From positions 2,976,001 through 3,040,000 of the forward strand of contig CP089274.1 in NCBI GenBank assembly GCA_023920165.1: 64,000 nucleotides of DNA, given 5' to 3'. Each line of letters starts with the position of its first letter. Positions within the stretch are counted from its first letter, which is position 1. The translations under genes and the position numbers were made by a program. Source of the DNA: Curvularia clavata. Lineage: Eukaryota. The notes under the pieces are model-generated. The model had not been told where the DNA came from, made no database searches, and saw only the letters and a list, made by a program, of their open reading frames with translations. Positions 51,282 through 64,000 of this stretch are shown here, piece by piece.

Positions 51282-52949
51282 TTACACCTTCGCTGGCTCC
51301 GGATGCACAGATTCGGTATGGGAATGGGGGAGGACCTCGGCGGCCGTCTCATCTGTGAACTCGAGGTCTTTCTCAAGCGGAGTAGTGTCCTCGACCTTCC
51401 AGAGAATGACGGGAAGGGCCACCAATAGACTACCGGCGAGCAGTCCCCAGTTGGAGGCAAACATGGTCATGTATGGAATCTTCAAATCATCCAGGCGCCA
51501 GGTAACGGCACTTCCGACAGACTGGATGCCCTTGTAGAAACCAGCAAAGTTGGCAAGCTTGCGGCCATTGTTAGTCATAGCGCCCATGAACCTGACTAGA
51601 ATTAGCAAATTACTCGAGCACAGAGCCCATGTGGAAATCTTACCAGTAAACACTAGTCTGCCAAGCAGCATCGAAGAAGCCGTAAAACATGTAGAGCACA
51701 AAAGGACCAGCATAGCCTGGGTCTGACCAGTCCTTCTTCTCGTTGCTCTTGTTCTCGGCCCATTCACGGGTGTAGGTCTTCTGGAACATGTATCCAAAGC
51801 CCCAGATGATCATGGTGCTGGTAAAAAGCGCAGCCCAGGCGCCCTTGGCACGCATTGTGCGACGGACGCCCTTGAGATCGAGAGCATAGCCGAAGATGTA
51901 AGCGCCAATGATCTGCATAATGTAGTAGACGACGCCGTTCAAGGCTCGTGTGCGGACATTGAAGTAGGCAGCATTGATCTCGGTAAAGTGATAGGTGTAG
52001 AACCAGTTGGACGCCAGGAACATGGGGAACAAGAGGACAATGTAGGGGTCGGTGAAGAAGGTCTGCCACAGACCAGTAATCTCCGACTTCCATGAGGGAT
52101 GCTTCATGACGATGACCTTGGATCCATCATGACGGATGACATCTCGTGCATCGACCAAGAGCCATGCAAGAGCAGCACCAATGATGGTGAGAACCAGGAA
52201 ACCAACATAGGTGCCATCATTCACGGTTCCGGCAGTCTTTGTGTGGATGTTCTGGCCCAAGGGGATCTAACAGGGTCAGTCGTTGATAGGATGAATTGGG
52301 CTTAGCTGTGTAGCAAAGGAAAAGAAAAGCAAAATAAAGCAGGGAAGAAGGAAAGAGGGAGATGTACCAAACTGCCAATAACGGCACCCAAGTTGAAGAT
52401 CATCCAAAACCAGGAAATGTAACGGCCCTTGGAAGCCTCTGGCGGGTAAGACATCATAATGGCACCCTGGGCGCACCACAGCAGGCCGGCACATACACCG
52501 AGCAGGGCGCCGGCAAAAGTGGTGAAGCCGAGATTCTGCGTGTGGTTGTAGCAGAGATAGGAGGCAACGTAGACGGAGTAGCCAATGCCGCCGAAAGAGA
52601 GGGCAGTACGGATACCAAGTTTGTTGGTAAAAGTGCCGGCGAAGAAACCCACGACGGCAAAGGTCGAGTACAAGGCCGTGTTTGCGCGATTGTTTGCGGT
52701 GGGATCAAGCTGGCCACCGCCGCCCATGCCGTTGAGGGCATTGAACATGCCGGGGCACATGAAGCAGACAAAGGAGACGATGACGAGCTGGACGGGGGGA
52801 GAGGCGAACCATGGCAGAGAGAAGCCGGCAATGGAGAAGCGACGGTACTTCCATGACTTTGGCAGATCCAGCGTGGTGGTAGTGTCGGTTAGCGAGTGAT
52901 CGGCGGAATTGACGTGGTGGGCGAGGTGGTCCTTCTCAGTGACCGACAT
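51282..52949 (-). CDS. NGT1: UNC-93-like MFS transporter, probable GlcNAc transporter, 3 exons
   Basis: VCFMCPGMFNALNGMGGGG, AGLLWCAQG..MMSYP, WMIFNLGAVIGS, LLFPMFLASNWFYTY, AGFYKGIQSVG. Introns 52267-52367 and 51592-51643. Substrate inferred from context. Confidence 0.88.
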
Positions 52950-54310
52950 GCTGGCGGCGGCAGCGGCACCGTTGAGCGGGTGCGCACGGGAGTGATGGAG
53001 AAGGAAGACGTGGAGAGGTTGGGAGAGTCGAGCGCTGGCAGGCGCAATGGACGCGGAGGCAGGCAGGCAGGCAGGCTGGCTGGCGCTGGAGCGGAAGGAG
53101 CGAGCGGACAGGAGCCGATAAAGATGTCGAATCGCGACGCTCAGACCACAACGACGGCTGAACACAAGGGACTACAATTCCGTGAGGGTCCGGGGGTGGT
53201 GAAGGCGAGGGGCGGCGTTCATTTTAAGCATCAGTCAGCTAGGGTCTTTGGACGGTCCCTCCGCCGCCGTATTCGAGGCAGGCTATCTGGATTTGGGGGG
53301 TAAACGAGGCGGCCGTCAGCACGCGACCTTTGGCAGTCGAAGGCAAGCAGCGAAGGGGGGTGGGGGCGGTGCAGCGAGGGCGGGCCAAGGCGACCAAGGC
53401 GCAGATAACCGGCGACTGGGTGACTGGGAGGAAACCGTGGCAGACGGGCAGACAAAGCACAACAGTGGCCAGGGCCCGTATGCACGCGACGCCTAGCGCA
53501 GATGGTTTTCGGATCGCGCATGGCCACGGCCAAGGGTCTGGTGGGCCTGTTTCTCCGCCTTAGCGGGGCGTTGGAAGCGAGAGCCTTGCTTATCGGGGTG
53601 CGCGCATGCCTACAGCCTGAGGCGCTAAGCCCTGTCGGGACGCAGCTATTACCTACACACTGCCGTCCTACCATGACTGCTACCACCCGCCTGCAACGCT
53701 CGCTGCCCCTCCACAGGCACCCCGCCATCCATCCATCCATGCATCCATCCCGTATCAACACATCGACGGCGAGCAATGTAACATGGCCACCCGCCCGACG
53801 CCCGCAGGTCAGCACCACCGTCATCGTGACGCTCCCGCTCGCTGCCCGCTGCGAATGACGGCACGCGACCCAGGTGTCCACTGCTATCTCTCCATGGCCG
53901 TTGCAAGCGGGGCCACGACGAGATAACGCATGCTCCCGTAGCATACACAATGGTTGCAACCGGGCGTTGTTCGGTCTCTCGCTCTGCAACGCCATGATTG
54001 CGTGGTAACGGCGGCGTCGACTAGTAGCCCTTCAGTCTCTGCCCACATGGCCGCAACACTTGCTTGCCATGGACCTGCCGCTGTCCCCATCATGTGAACT
54101 GGGCCGCCGCCGAACCGTGACAATGCAGGCCGACTATCGTGAAAAAATTCTTGCCCTGATAGCTTGATACCACTGTGACGTGAACTTTGCTGTGCCATGA
54201 TAGAAATCGCGCCCAGTCCGCCGTAAAAAAAACCCCCTCCCCTCCCCTCCCAACACACATCGGACCTGCAAGCACTACAGGCAATACACAGTCACATATA
54301 CACATCCAAC

Positions 54311-55662
54311 ATGTACGACCATGCACTGCTTCCATGCTAAACGCACCCCAGCTTACACTTTCCAGGCGCCTAATCATCAGAGACGACGCCCAAGCCGCGT
54401 CCCAGTACATCGCCGACTACCTCATTGGTCCGTAGTCCGCGCCTATAGCTGCAGCTTTACACAGATCGGCTAACGCCTCACCACCAGAGCGCATCAATGC
54501 CTTCAATCCCACTCCCGACAAGCCTTTTGTCCTGGGCCTGCCCACGGGCAGCAGTCCCATTCTCATCTACAAGCACCTGGTCCAGCGCTACAAGGCTGGC
54601 CATGTCTCGTTCCGCAATGTCATCACGTTCAACATGGTGCGGGCCCCCTTCCTTCCCCGCTTGGCTTCAATGTTGCACAACCGCGCTAGGAGTCGTGAAA
54701 CTGACCCAATCAGGACGAGTATGTTGGCATCCCTCGCGACCATCCCGAAAGCTACCATAGCTTCATGTACAAGCACTTCTTCTCTCACGTCGACGTCAAG
54801 CCAGACAACATCAACATTCTCAACGGAAATGCTCCCGACCTCGAGGCCGAGTGCCAAAACTATGAAGAAAAAATCCAGCGCGTCGGTGGCATCGAGCTGT
54901 TCCTCGGAGGCATAGGCCCTGACGGCCACATTGCCTTTAACGAACCAGGCTCAAGCCTCAAGTCTCGCACTCGCGTCAAGACACTCGCCTACGAAACTAT
55001 CCTTGCCAACTCGAGGTTCTTTGACAACGACCTGGACCGTGTGCCCAAGATGGCTTTGACCGTCGGCGTGCAGACTGTCCTAGACGTAAGTTGCGCCCCT
55101 TGCTGTACCCGCCTACAACTCCTTCTCACCCACAACAGGCGCGCGAGGTTGTCATCATCATCACTGGCGCACACAAGGCCCCGGCACTCCAGCGATGCAT
55201 CGAGGGAGGGGTTAATCACATGTGGACCCTGTCCAGCCTGCAGATGCATCCACATCCCCTGATTGTTGTCGACGAGGACGCCACACTAGAACTTCAGGTC
55301 AAGACTGTCAAGGTATGTGACCCCGGCTTGTTTCTCTAAGCGATGGCGCCCGCCTAACATGCTGGTCAAAGTATTTCAAGAGCATTGAAAGAGTCGGTAA
55401 TGAGGTAGGGATGCGGCAGAAGCTCCCCAAGAAGCGCGACTCGCTAGTCGACGAGGGCACCTTGCTAGCCCCCGAGGCCCAAGCCAACGGTATCAGGTTG
55501 ACTGTGCCGCAACTCGACGTCTCGCGTTCACCCAGTCCCGTACTCGAACCAATGAGCGCCCGCTTGTCAGACAGCGACGAGGCCTGCGCATTGCGTCCCA
55601 TGGACATGGACGAGATTGCAGATCAGCCCTCGGTCCGAATGGGCGCTCGTGTCCTAGCGTAA
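54311..55662 (+). CDS. NAG1: Glucosamine-6-phosphate deaminase (NagB), 6 exons
   Basis: MRLIIRD..., [48 protein letters not shown]. Introns 54313-54365, 54428-54487, 54637-54713, 55087-55138 and 55313-55371. Confidence 0.96.
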
Positions 55663-56314
55663 ACATTGCGGCTCTGCTGGTGCCCCTTTAGCACTAGCAA
55701 CTAGGAGGATATCAGGAGAGCTGTGCAGATTGTCTTTTTAATCCTCCGACGCCCAAAGACTGGTTCTTGGGTCCAGGCCAAGCCCTCGCTTCTTTGTTAG
55801 TTTGGCACCGAAATTGTCCACGCGTCTTTTGGGTGAGCCGATCACCCGTCTGACCAGACGCCTGCGCCACCATCCCTAGGCGCCACAGCAGCACATGCAC
55901 GTCAACCTAGATAGATTGCTTACACGGCCAAGTGCCAATCTTTTTTTGTACTAAGAACTAACACAACATTGCATTTCACTGATAGTCTTTTTTTATGAGC
56001 CAAAGACATCGGGTATAGCTAGATTTATGACGCATATGACGACAGATTGGGAAGCGTTGCACTTCCTTACTGTCATGTTCAATTAGATTGTCGTATTATA
56101 GACATTCAATTCAAAACTTCTTTTATGTATTTTGTTTTATTTGTCCCGTGTCGAGTGCTTTGTGTTGTGTACTTGTACAAAAGCTTTCAACTCTGGGGGG
56201 ACGGCAGTAGCAAACGTCATCGGGAAAGCGCGCGTTATCCTAGTTCAGATCCCCTCGCACCAACGTAAGCCCGCCGCAACCCCCCCACACAAACATGTCA
56301 ACGCGCTGGTAGCC

Positions 56315-58339
56315 ATGTCATTCGTGGTTGAGTAAGTCGATTCAATGGACCAGAAAAAAACATTGGCACCTAACATGAAATCAGCCAGGTGCGCCGAATA
56401 GACGCTCAGCTCGATCGGCTGCAGCTGTCGACAAGCACCCGTACCTTCTCCATCACCGCCGAGGAGGCACACGACCCCGCAAAGACAAGCCGGATTGCAC
56501 ACTTGCAGAACCTCATCAAGTCGCTCTCCACGACCGCCTCGTCTAAGCACAGCTTAGTTCCTGTGGGGAGGATATCGGAGACTTTGCAGCGTGCCAACAT
56601 CGCTACTACCTACGACGATGCAAGCTATGAGCATGAGTTGGAATGGCTTCTTGTGAGCAAGGCAACCACACAGGCCTACGGACAGGTCTTGAATACCATA
56701 CTGGAGCAGACAATTCCTCTTGAGAACGATCTCTGGTACTGGGACGACATCCTCTCTACCTACAGATTCGCCGGCCTGTACTCGGTGCAGACATCGCCGA
56801 TTCGTCTATGGAAATGGTCGCAAGAGATATACCACGATGTGCGCTCCAGGGGTCCTCAATTGGCTGATGGCTGGAGCCAGTTCTATGGCCTGGTCAAGGA
56901 CGCTGTGCAGGAGCGCAGCATTGCAAATATTCAACGGAGGGTAGTCAGCCCACTGGCGCTCGTGCGGAACGAGGGCAGGAGAAAGCGTGCAGCCCTAAGG
57001 AAGATACGAATGGTTAATGCCAATGCACTCGGTGTACTGCTCGGCGAGGGCTTGGGCAATGAAAAGTATGTCGATTGTCAGTTCAAATCGAAGTCTACTG
57101 ACATTTGCTAGTGTACACGATGACGGCACACAAACACCTACTCTACTCGGCACCCAAGGGGGACAAAGATGGAAGAGCGTCATGTCCAAGAACATCGCTC
57201 TTATGGACGCCGTCATCCAGAGTGTGAACACGGCGGAACTTTCCGTCGATAAGTTCGACGACGCAGTTGCTAGCATCACCCAGGATGATCAATTCTACTC
57301 GCTACACGAGCCCACTGGCGAACGAACTGCAACTACGCTGAAGCCTGCAGAAGTTGCAGAGCGTCTCCAGTACCTGCTCCAAACCGCCCTACCTACGTAT
57401 TCTGCCAATTTCAACGCTGTCGTCAAAGCTAACGGTCGTCCCTCCATTCTCATCCGCTACTGGCTCCCTGCAACGCTACTACTGGTATCCTCAACCACCA
57501 TCCTGCGCATTATCGTGAATCGAAAGGAAGCGCTATTGACCTGGATTCGTGAGTTGGGGCAAACCGTCATCGATTTTTGGTCAAATTGGGTCATAGAGCC
57601 AACCAAAAAAATCATCGGCACCATTCGCCACAACGAGGAAAGCGAGGTCTCAATCATGAGTAAACGCAGCCTCGAGTCGGATCGTGCCAGTCTCGAGCGC
57701 ATGGTTGTAGACTTTGCCGTCAAAAACTCCGAAGGCCCTGCATTAAACGAGTCCCAGATTGCTGACATCAAGGCAAAGGTACGCGAGGGTGACCTGACCA
57801 CGGTTCTTAAGTCTTATGAGAAGGACATTCAGAACCCTGTCAAGGGCGCCATTGTCGGCAACCTGGCCAGCGCCCTACTCATCCAAGTTCAGAAGACCAA
57901 GGTCGATGTTGAAGTCGCCATGAGTGGGATTGACAGCATTCTCAAGAGTCAGGAGCTGCTATTCGGCTTCATCGGTCTAACACCAGGCGTGCTGGTAAGC
58001 ATCGGCGTCTATCGATGGCTGCGGGGCGTCTTCAGCAGCCGCAAGGGCGTACAGCAGTGGGCAAGGCAGGGCCGTATGTTGCTTATTCTGCGCAACATTG
58101 ACCGCATCCTCACTGGCGCAACTCCGACAGAAGACGGTGAGATATCGTACAAGGACCATGGTTTACTTCTGTGCGAGGTGCATCTTCTCCGACAGACTGC
58201 CAGTGGGGTTCTCCCTCGGCGCATATTCCAGGACTTCTTGGTGGAGATAGACGAGCTCGTGGACGTCAGGAGTGGATTGCAGCGACAGCAGAAGGTAGTT
58301 GAGCGCATAAGATGGGCGTACTCAAAATGGTTTGTTTGA
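56315..58339 (+). CDS. NCA2: Nuclear control of ATPase protein 2, 3 exons
   Basis: MSFVVD|QVRRIDAQLDR; ELEWLLVSKAT; RYWLPA; DFWSNWVIEP; SLERMVVDF; LLIQVQKTKVDVEVAMSGIDSILKSQEL; GLLLCEVH. Introns 56332-56384 and about 57066-57111. Confidence 0.88.
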
Positions 58340-58863
58340 GGTAGCCGCTCCGCTGTAACTAGGGTGATTCCAGTACCTGTTGTACCCACAACTAGCAGAC
58401 GTACATATCCTTTCCAATACAAAACATGCACCGTCTATACAACTGTGGCAATGCGCCATGTCTCAAGTACAGGGATAATGGCAACCATGGCCGAGGTAAG
58501 CCACGTTGGACGCGCAGTTGCCACCAAGCCTCTTGTCGCTTGTTGCAAGTGACGGTGACGAAGGTTTGGTGAGCCCGTGCGGACTATTGGCGCTAAACTC
58601 CAACGTTGGCACCGTGGGAAGCCTTCCCTCCAACGCCGTTTACTCGCTGCCTGGCTGTTCTTCCAAAACACCGCCAGATCTCCCAAGTGTGCCCTGAGCC
58701 TGTATCCAAGCCCTGCTACCAACTCGCATACATTGCCACCGTCTTCTCTCACCTGCGACTGCCAGCCAACAGCCAGCTCACCCATCTTCCACTCCAAACA
58801 GCGGGTGCTAACTCCGCAATCCACCCTCGCGCACGATAACGCACACGCCGACGCTTTACCAAC

Positions 58864-59931
<1,068 letters not shown>

Positions 59932-60353
59932 TGACCATGACAGAACGAGTTGCAAGACAATTTCCCATGATGATATATGGCAACATGATGGTAGGCAAAC
60001 TTGGTTTGAGCAAGTCTCTTTGCGCAGGGAGGTTTACTACATCCCCTTTATATTTTTTCCCCTTGTAGGTCCTTTTTTTGTTTTGGCGTTCTGAGAGAAT
60101 GGTGGAGTAACCTACCGATTTTACATTACGTATTGTAATGCCAATCTTGTATATGCAATATTTGCCTTCGTCTGGTTATAAGTGTGTATAAGTGCATGTT
60201 CGAAAGTCTATGGCACTAGGAATGTTCACGACAGCTACCTACTTTTGAAGAAGAAGAAGAAGCAGCAGAAGGCGAAAACAAGAAGGGAAAATTACTATAC
60301 TCCTAATCATAAGCACAAGGCGATCATACCTCGAACCAACACACATAAACAGC

Positions 60354-63300
60354 CTAAAAGAAGGCACACCACCCAATATACATGGACGCCAAGTTCTGCG
60401 GATCCCTCGCCATAGCGATAAGCGCTTCGACATAGCCCTCTACACTCAGCGGTACGCTCTCTCCCTTCAGATACCCATTCACCTTTGTCTTCGTAATATC
60501 CAGTACCTCCTGCGGTGTATCAGGGACACCCGAGATCTTCTTCCTGCGCTTTCCAAACAGAAAATCTGCCGTGGGATCGTGCACAAAAGTCTCGAGGATG
60601 GTGATGAGCGTGTCTTCGTGCTGGCGAAGCAGCTTGTACGTGAGCTCAGCGGCTTTTCGGAACGGGCCCTCAACGCCCTGGGGTCCCATGGCATCCACCA
60701 TGTTGTGTGTCAGGCGGAAGGGCACAAGCTCGGGTTTTTCGAATGTGAGACCCTTGTCGAAGAGACAGTTGAAGTCGACGTGGAAAGTACCACCGTCGCC
60801 TTGTTCCAGAAGGACATTTTCGCCGTGACGATCGCCTAGTCCCAGGACGTGGCCTACAATGCTCATAACTGCGCAGGAGCGTGTGTATCGGAGACGGGCG
60901 GCAAACCAGGCTTCTGGTTCGGGGAAGGTTTCAACAAACCATTCGTGCAACACGGGTGGGAATCTACCGAGAATCTGTTTGGTGAAGATGGGAATCTTCG
61001 AGGGAGACGACGAGGCTTCGTTGAGTAGCAAACGGAGCTCACTGTAATCAATCTGGATATTACGCTGGCGGTAGAAACGTAGAATGATATCGCGCATTGG
61101 CTTAAGACCCTCGACCCACTCAATGGCTCCGCATTCTTCATTTAGTGGTGTCACGGCGTATGTCTTGATATATAGCCGTCGCTTGCTGGATTCAATGTCC
61201 TTTTGAAGGGCCCTGTTAATCATCGTGTTGAACTCCATCAGACGTTGGTCCTTGCGCAGATCGTCCTTTGGCTTGCACAGCAGCCCGTACGAGCGTCCGT
61301 CAGATCCACGAACATTTAGCTTTCGTGGGCGTTGAAGCGATGACAATACCAGCACATCGTCATCAAACGACTGTATCGTGATGGCATATGCAGGGAAAGG
61401 GTTGTGACGACGAATGGTCTGGCTGTCATTTCCTACTGGTAGGTTTGGAAGAAGATTGGCCTCGATAGGGACAACCAGTTGAGTGGGAGCAAGCTTGTGG
61501 CTGAATCCAAGATCCCTAGCTAGGCTCACGCGTGCAACTCGTGCCTCAATTGGGGCATCGCAAGCAGCCAGTAGTGCGTCAGTGAGTCTCTGTCCTTGAA
61601 TAATAAGATTTTTCAGATCAAGAGCAGATCCTTTGCGCTTTGATGTTTCCTAATCTACGTCAGTGGACTTTGGGCCGGAACTAGGTCGAGAACTTACTCG
61701 TAATTTCTGCAACACTGCAGCCCCACGGGTTCTGCGGTCGTCCTGCGTCGAGTGAAGGACAGCCAGCAAAGCCCACAGAGACTGCTGCGGGTATGACGAA
61801 GCAACCCGAATGATGATCATCTGGAGAGCGTCCCAAACGTTCTTATTCGGATGGCTGATGCGTGTGATGATCTGAGGGAAAGCGGTGTACCATGCGAAAG
61901 CAGGCATCCGCTCTCCAGCGTAGCGTTTGAGGTAGTCGTTAAGATGGTTGAGATAGCCGACGCGGTGTTCGTGGAATTCTTTGTCTTTCGACGTTCGTGG
62001 TGGGTTGTTCATAACTTCCATGCCCATGTCCAGCCACAACGTCAGTATTTTGGGTAAAGTTTGGTAGTAGTATTTGGTCCCATAGACCGTTGATCGAACA
62101 AAGTTCTCAATAACAAGCTTTATCAAACTCCCAGACAGATATTCCGGACTTTGCTTCGTGATCGGCTGTTTCTTCTCAGACTCTAATAGCTTGAGATACC
62201 ACCGTCCGAGATAGTAGTGACCTTTGTCCCACCGAGGGTAGGTTTTGACACCCGTCACATACTCTTCTTTCAGCGAAACTGCCTGCGTCTGACCGGCGCG
62301 GTCGAGCCATTTTGCGAGCAGCAGCTGGGCATGGCACTTAACCTTGTTCATGGGATGCTCGTCGCCTCGACCAGCAGTAGTCACCGAGATGTTAACAGGT
62401 ACAGTCTCTTCTTGTTGGAATGCGTTACCATCGATAGCACCACGCAAATGTTGAATCGCTTTGCGATGATGGCCTTCTTTCCAAAGCAATTTTGAGTATT
62501 CGATTTTCGATGCATTGTCCCCAAGTTTCTCGGCATGGAGTACGGAGTTGAATGCAGTCGTCATGAAGTCGCCCTTGCGAGCAAGCCGTGCTGTGGTGAG
62601 CCATGCAGACGCAATGTCGAGTTTAGTGAACTCGACGCTAATATCAGTCAGTAAAAATGCCCGGCGATGCTCAAGAATTGTACCTACCGAGACAGTGTCA
62701 TCACAGCGCGGCGAATCCCTAGCAGATATTGCTTGTCTGACGTATAGGCCCCAACAATGTCTAACCGCTGGTCTAATCTTTTCAAAATCCATTCACGAGC
62801 TCTATCCTCTTCTAAACCGCTTATAACCTCGATTTCGTAGAGTGCATGAAGTTTGACTAGATACTCGTGTGAAGCCTGGACAGAAGTAGTTGTTGAGGGT
62901 GTCAAGCTCTTTGCTACAAGCTCTCTGAGCTGTGCAATGATGCGTTGAAACGTGGAAATCTCGTTCCGACGAAGTGCTAATAGTGCATGGCCTACCCCGA
63001 CATTGAAATCTAACAAATTGTTGGAGTCTGTGCCGTGAGAGGTGCCAAGAAGACGCTCGAGTTGTTCCCATTTGCCAGCTGACCAAGCTGCCTCTGCAGC
63101 GAAAGGCAGCGTTTTGCTTGAAAATGAATTGTTAGCGCAAAACCCATCCACATAGTTGAGAATCGAATCTAAGTTTGATGTCAGCTAAGCATTTTGTAAA
63201 CTCGCTTCCGTACATACCATGTTGACCCGACTCTTTTAAACACATCAGAAGGTTGATCTGGGTTTCGACGTCGTTTGGTTTCTCCGCGAGTGCAATTTCA

Positions 63301-64000
63301 TACCAGCTCTGGGCCGCCGTCCATCGACCAGCTTTGCGATCTTCGATTATCTGCTGTTCCGGATTGAGTACCTTGAGGTGAGCCGATATTCCCTCAATGC
63401 TGTCTGGCTCCTCGATGTGAGCATAGATCATCTGCAGGTGTTGCAAAAGCTCGTCCTTCTCTGAGAAGGGTTGGTTTGAGTCGGCCTTTACATCTCGCTG
63501 CTGGCGATAGTATTGCTCCCAGTGGAATAAAGCCCGAGCATATGAGCCACATTCTACAGCTCTTCTCGATATTATCTCTGCAGGAATAAGTTGTAGTATG
63601 CCCTCCACACGACTGACTTGCTTTATGGCGTTCATCTCGTCATTCTCGTGAACACCCCGACCGGTCTTGCCTGCCATTGCCCTGGCATCTGACAACGATT
63701 TTCGCTTTTCCTGTAACCACAGAGAAAGGTAGTCAAGTGTCTGGAACACGTTCTGCAAAAATTTAGCAAAGTCTTCTACACAATAATTTCAGATATTCTT
63801 ACCTCGCTGCATTGCTTGATCGCAGCGGCTTCAAGCTGGTCCGTATTTTGTAAATCAGCTTGGAGTACTTGCAAGAGTTCATGACCAACGTTCGCCATAT
63901 TCTCCTCGTTATCAGACACGATGACATTCAAGGCCGCAAAAGGAAGGATGAAGGTGGCGATTGAAAGATCGTAGCCCCTAATGATCCTGGCCAGAACCGG
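60354..64000 (-). CDS. MEC1: ATR/Mec1/Rad3 PIKK checkpoint kinase, 3' part (FAT, kinase, FATC), at least 4 introns in the window
   Basis: CGSYARALFHWE; SSLQRPRKL; CKPKDDLRKDQRLMEF; LGLGDRHGEN; HVDFNCLF; VPFRLT; FATC NLASMYIGWCAFF. Confidence 0.95.

Larger units (their letters stand above)
37797..55662. other. N-acetylglucosamine utilisation gene cluster (DAC1, NGS1, RON1, HXK3, NGT1, NAG1)
   Basis: Six consecutive genes cover uptake, phosphorylation, deacetylation, deamination, sensing and transcriptional control; DAC1/NGS1 and NGT1/NAG1 are divergent pairs. Confidence 0.93.

Noticed and set aside
39355..54010. CGTTAY motif recurring in cluster promoters (39357, 39524, 43211, 50285, 53923, 54005)
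   Set aside because: About six hits in about 4.7 kb is close to the 4-5 expected by chance for this degenerate 6-mer on both strands

Overview
Intron-rich fungal DNA from a filamentous ascomycete (Dothideomycete-like is my inference; not tested). About 26 genes can be reconstructed by joining ORF pieces across GT...CTRAC...YAG introns. Bases 1-12.5 kb look accessory: a cAMP-receptor/Git3-like GPCR, a PTH11-like membrane protein divergent from an O-methyltransferase, a truncated kinase relic and an AIM9/APH-type phosphotransferase. Bases 12.8-37.2 kb and 56.3-64 kb are mostly housekeeping genes: RING-H2 membrane ligase, VNX1-like antiporter, RPT6, an SDR, PFK, NIC96, MED27, flavocytochrome b2, a Rab5-group GTPase, NCA2, SEC4 and a partial MEC1/ATR. 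The centrepiece (37.8-55.7 kb) is an uninterrupted six-gene N-acetylglucosamine sensing and catabolism cluster: deacetylase, GH3-GNAT sensor, Ndt80-family regulator, kinase, transporter and deaminase. This cluster type is already known in ascomycetes, so it is not a new system. Less expected details are a probably non-catalytic GH3 domain, an obligatory 7-nt microexon in the sensor gene, a deaminase start codon split by an intron, an overlapping uORF on the regulator, and a flavocytochrome b2 with no mitochondrial presequence but a C-terminal PTS1 (SRL). I found no tRNA, rRNA, CRISPR array or intact transposon. All assignments come from motif recognition by eye; no database search was run.
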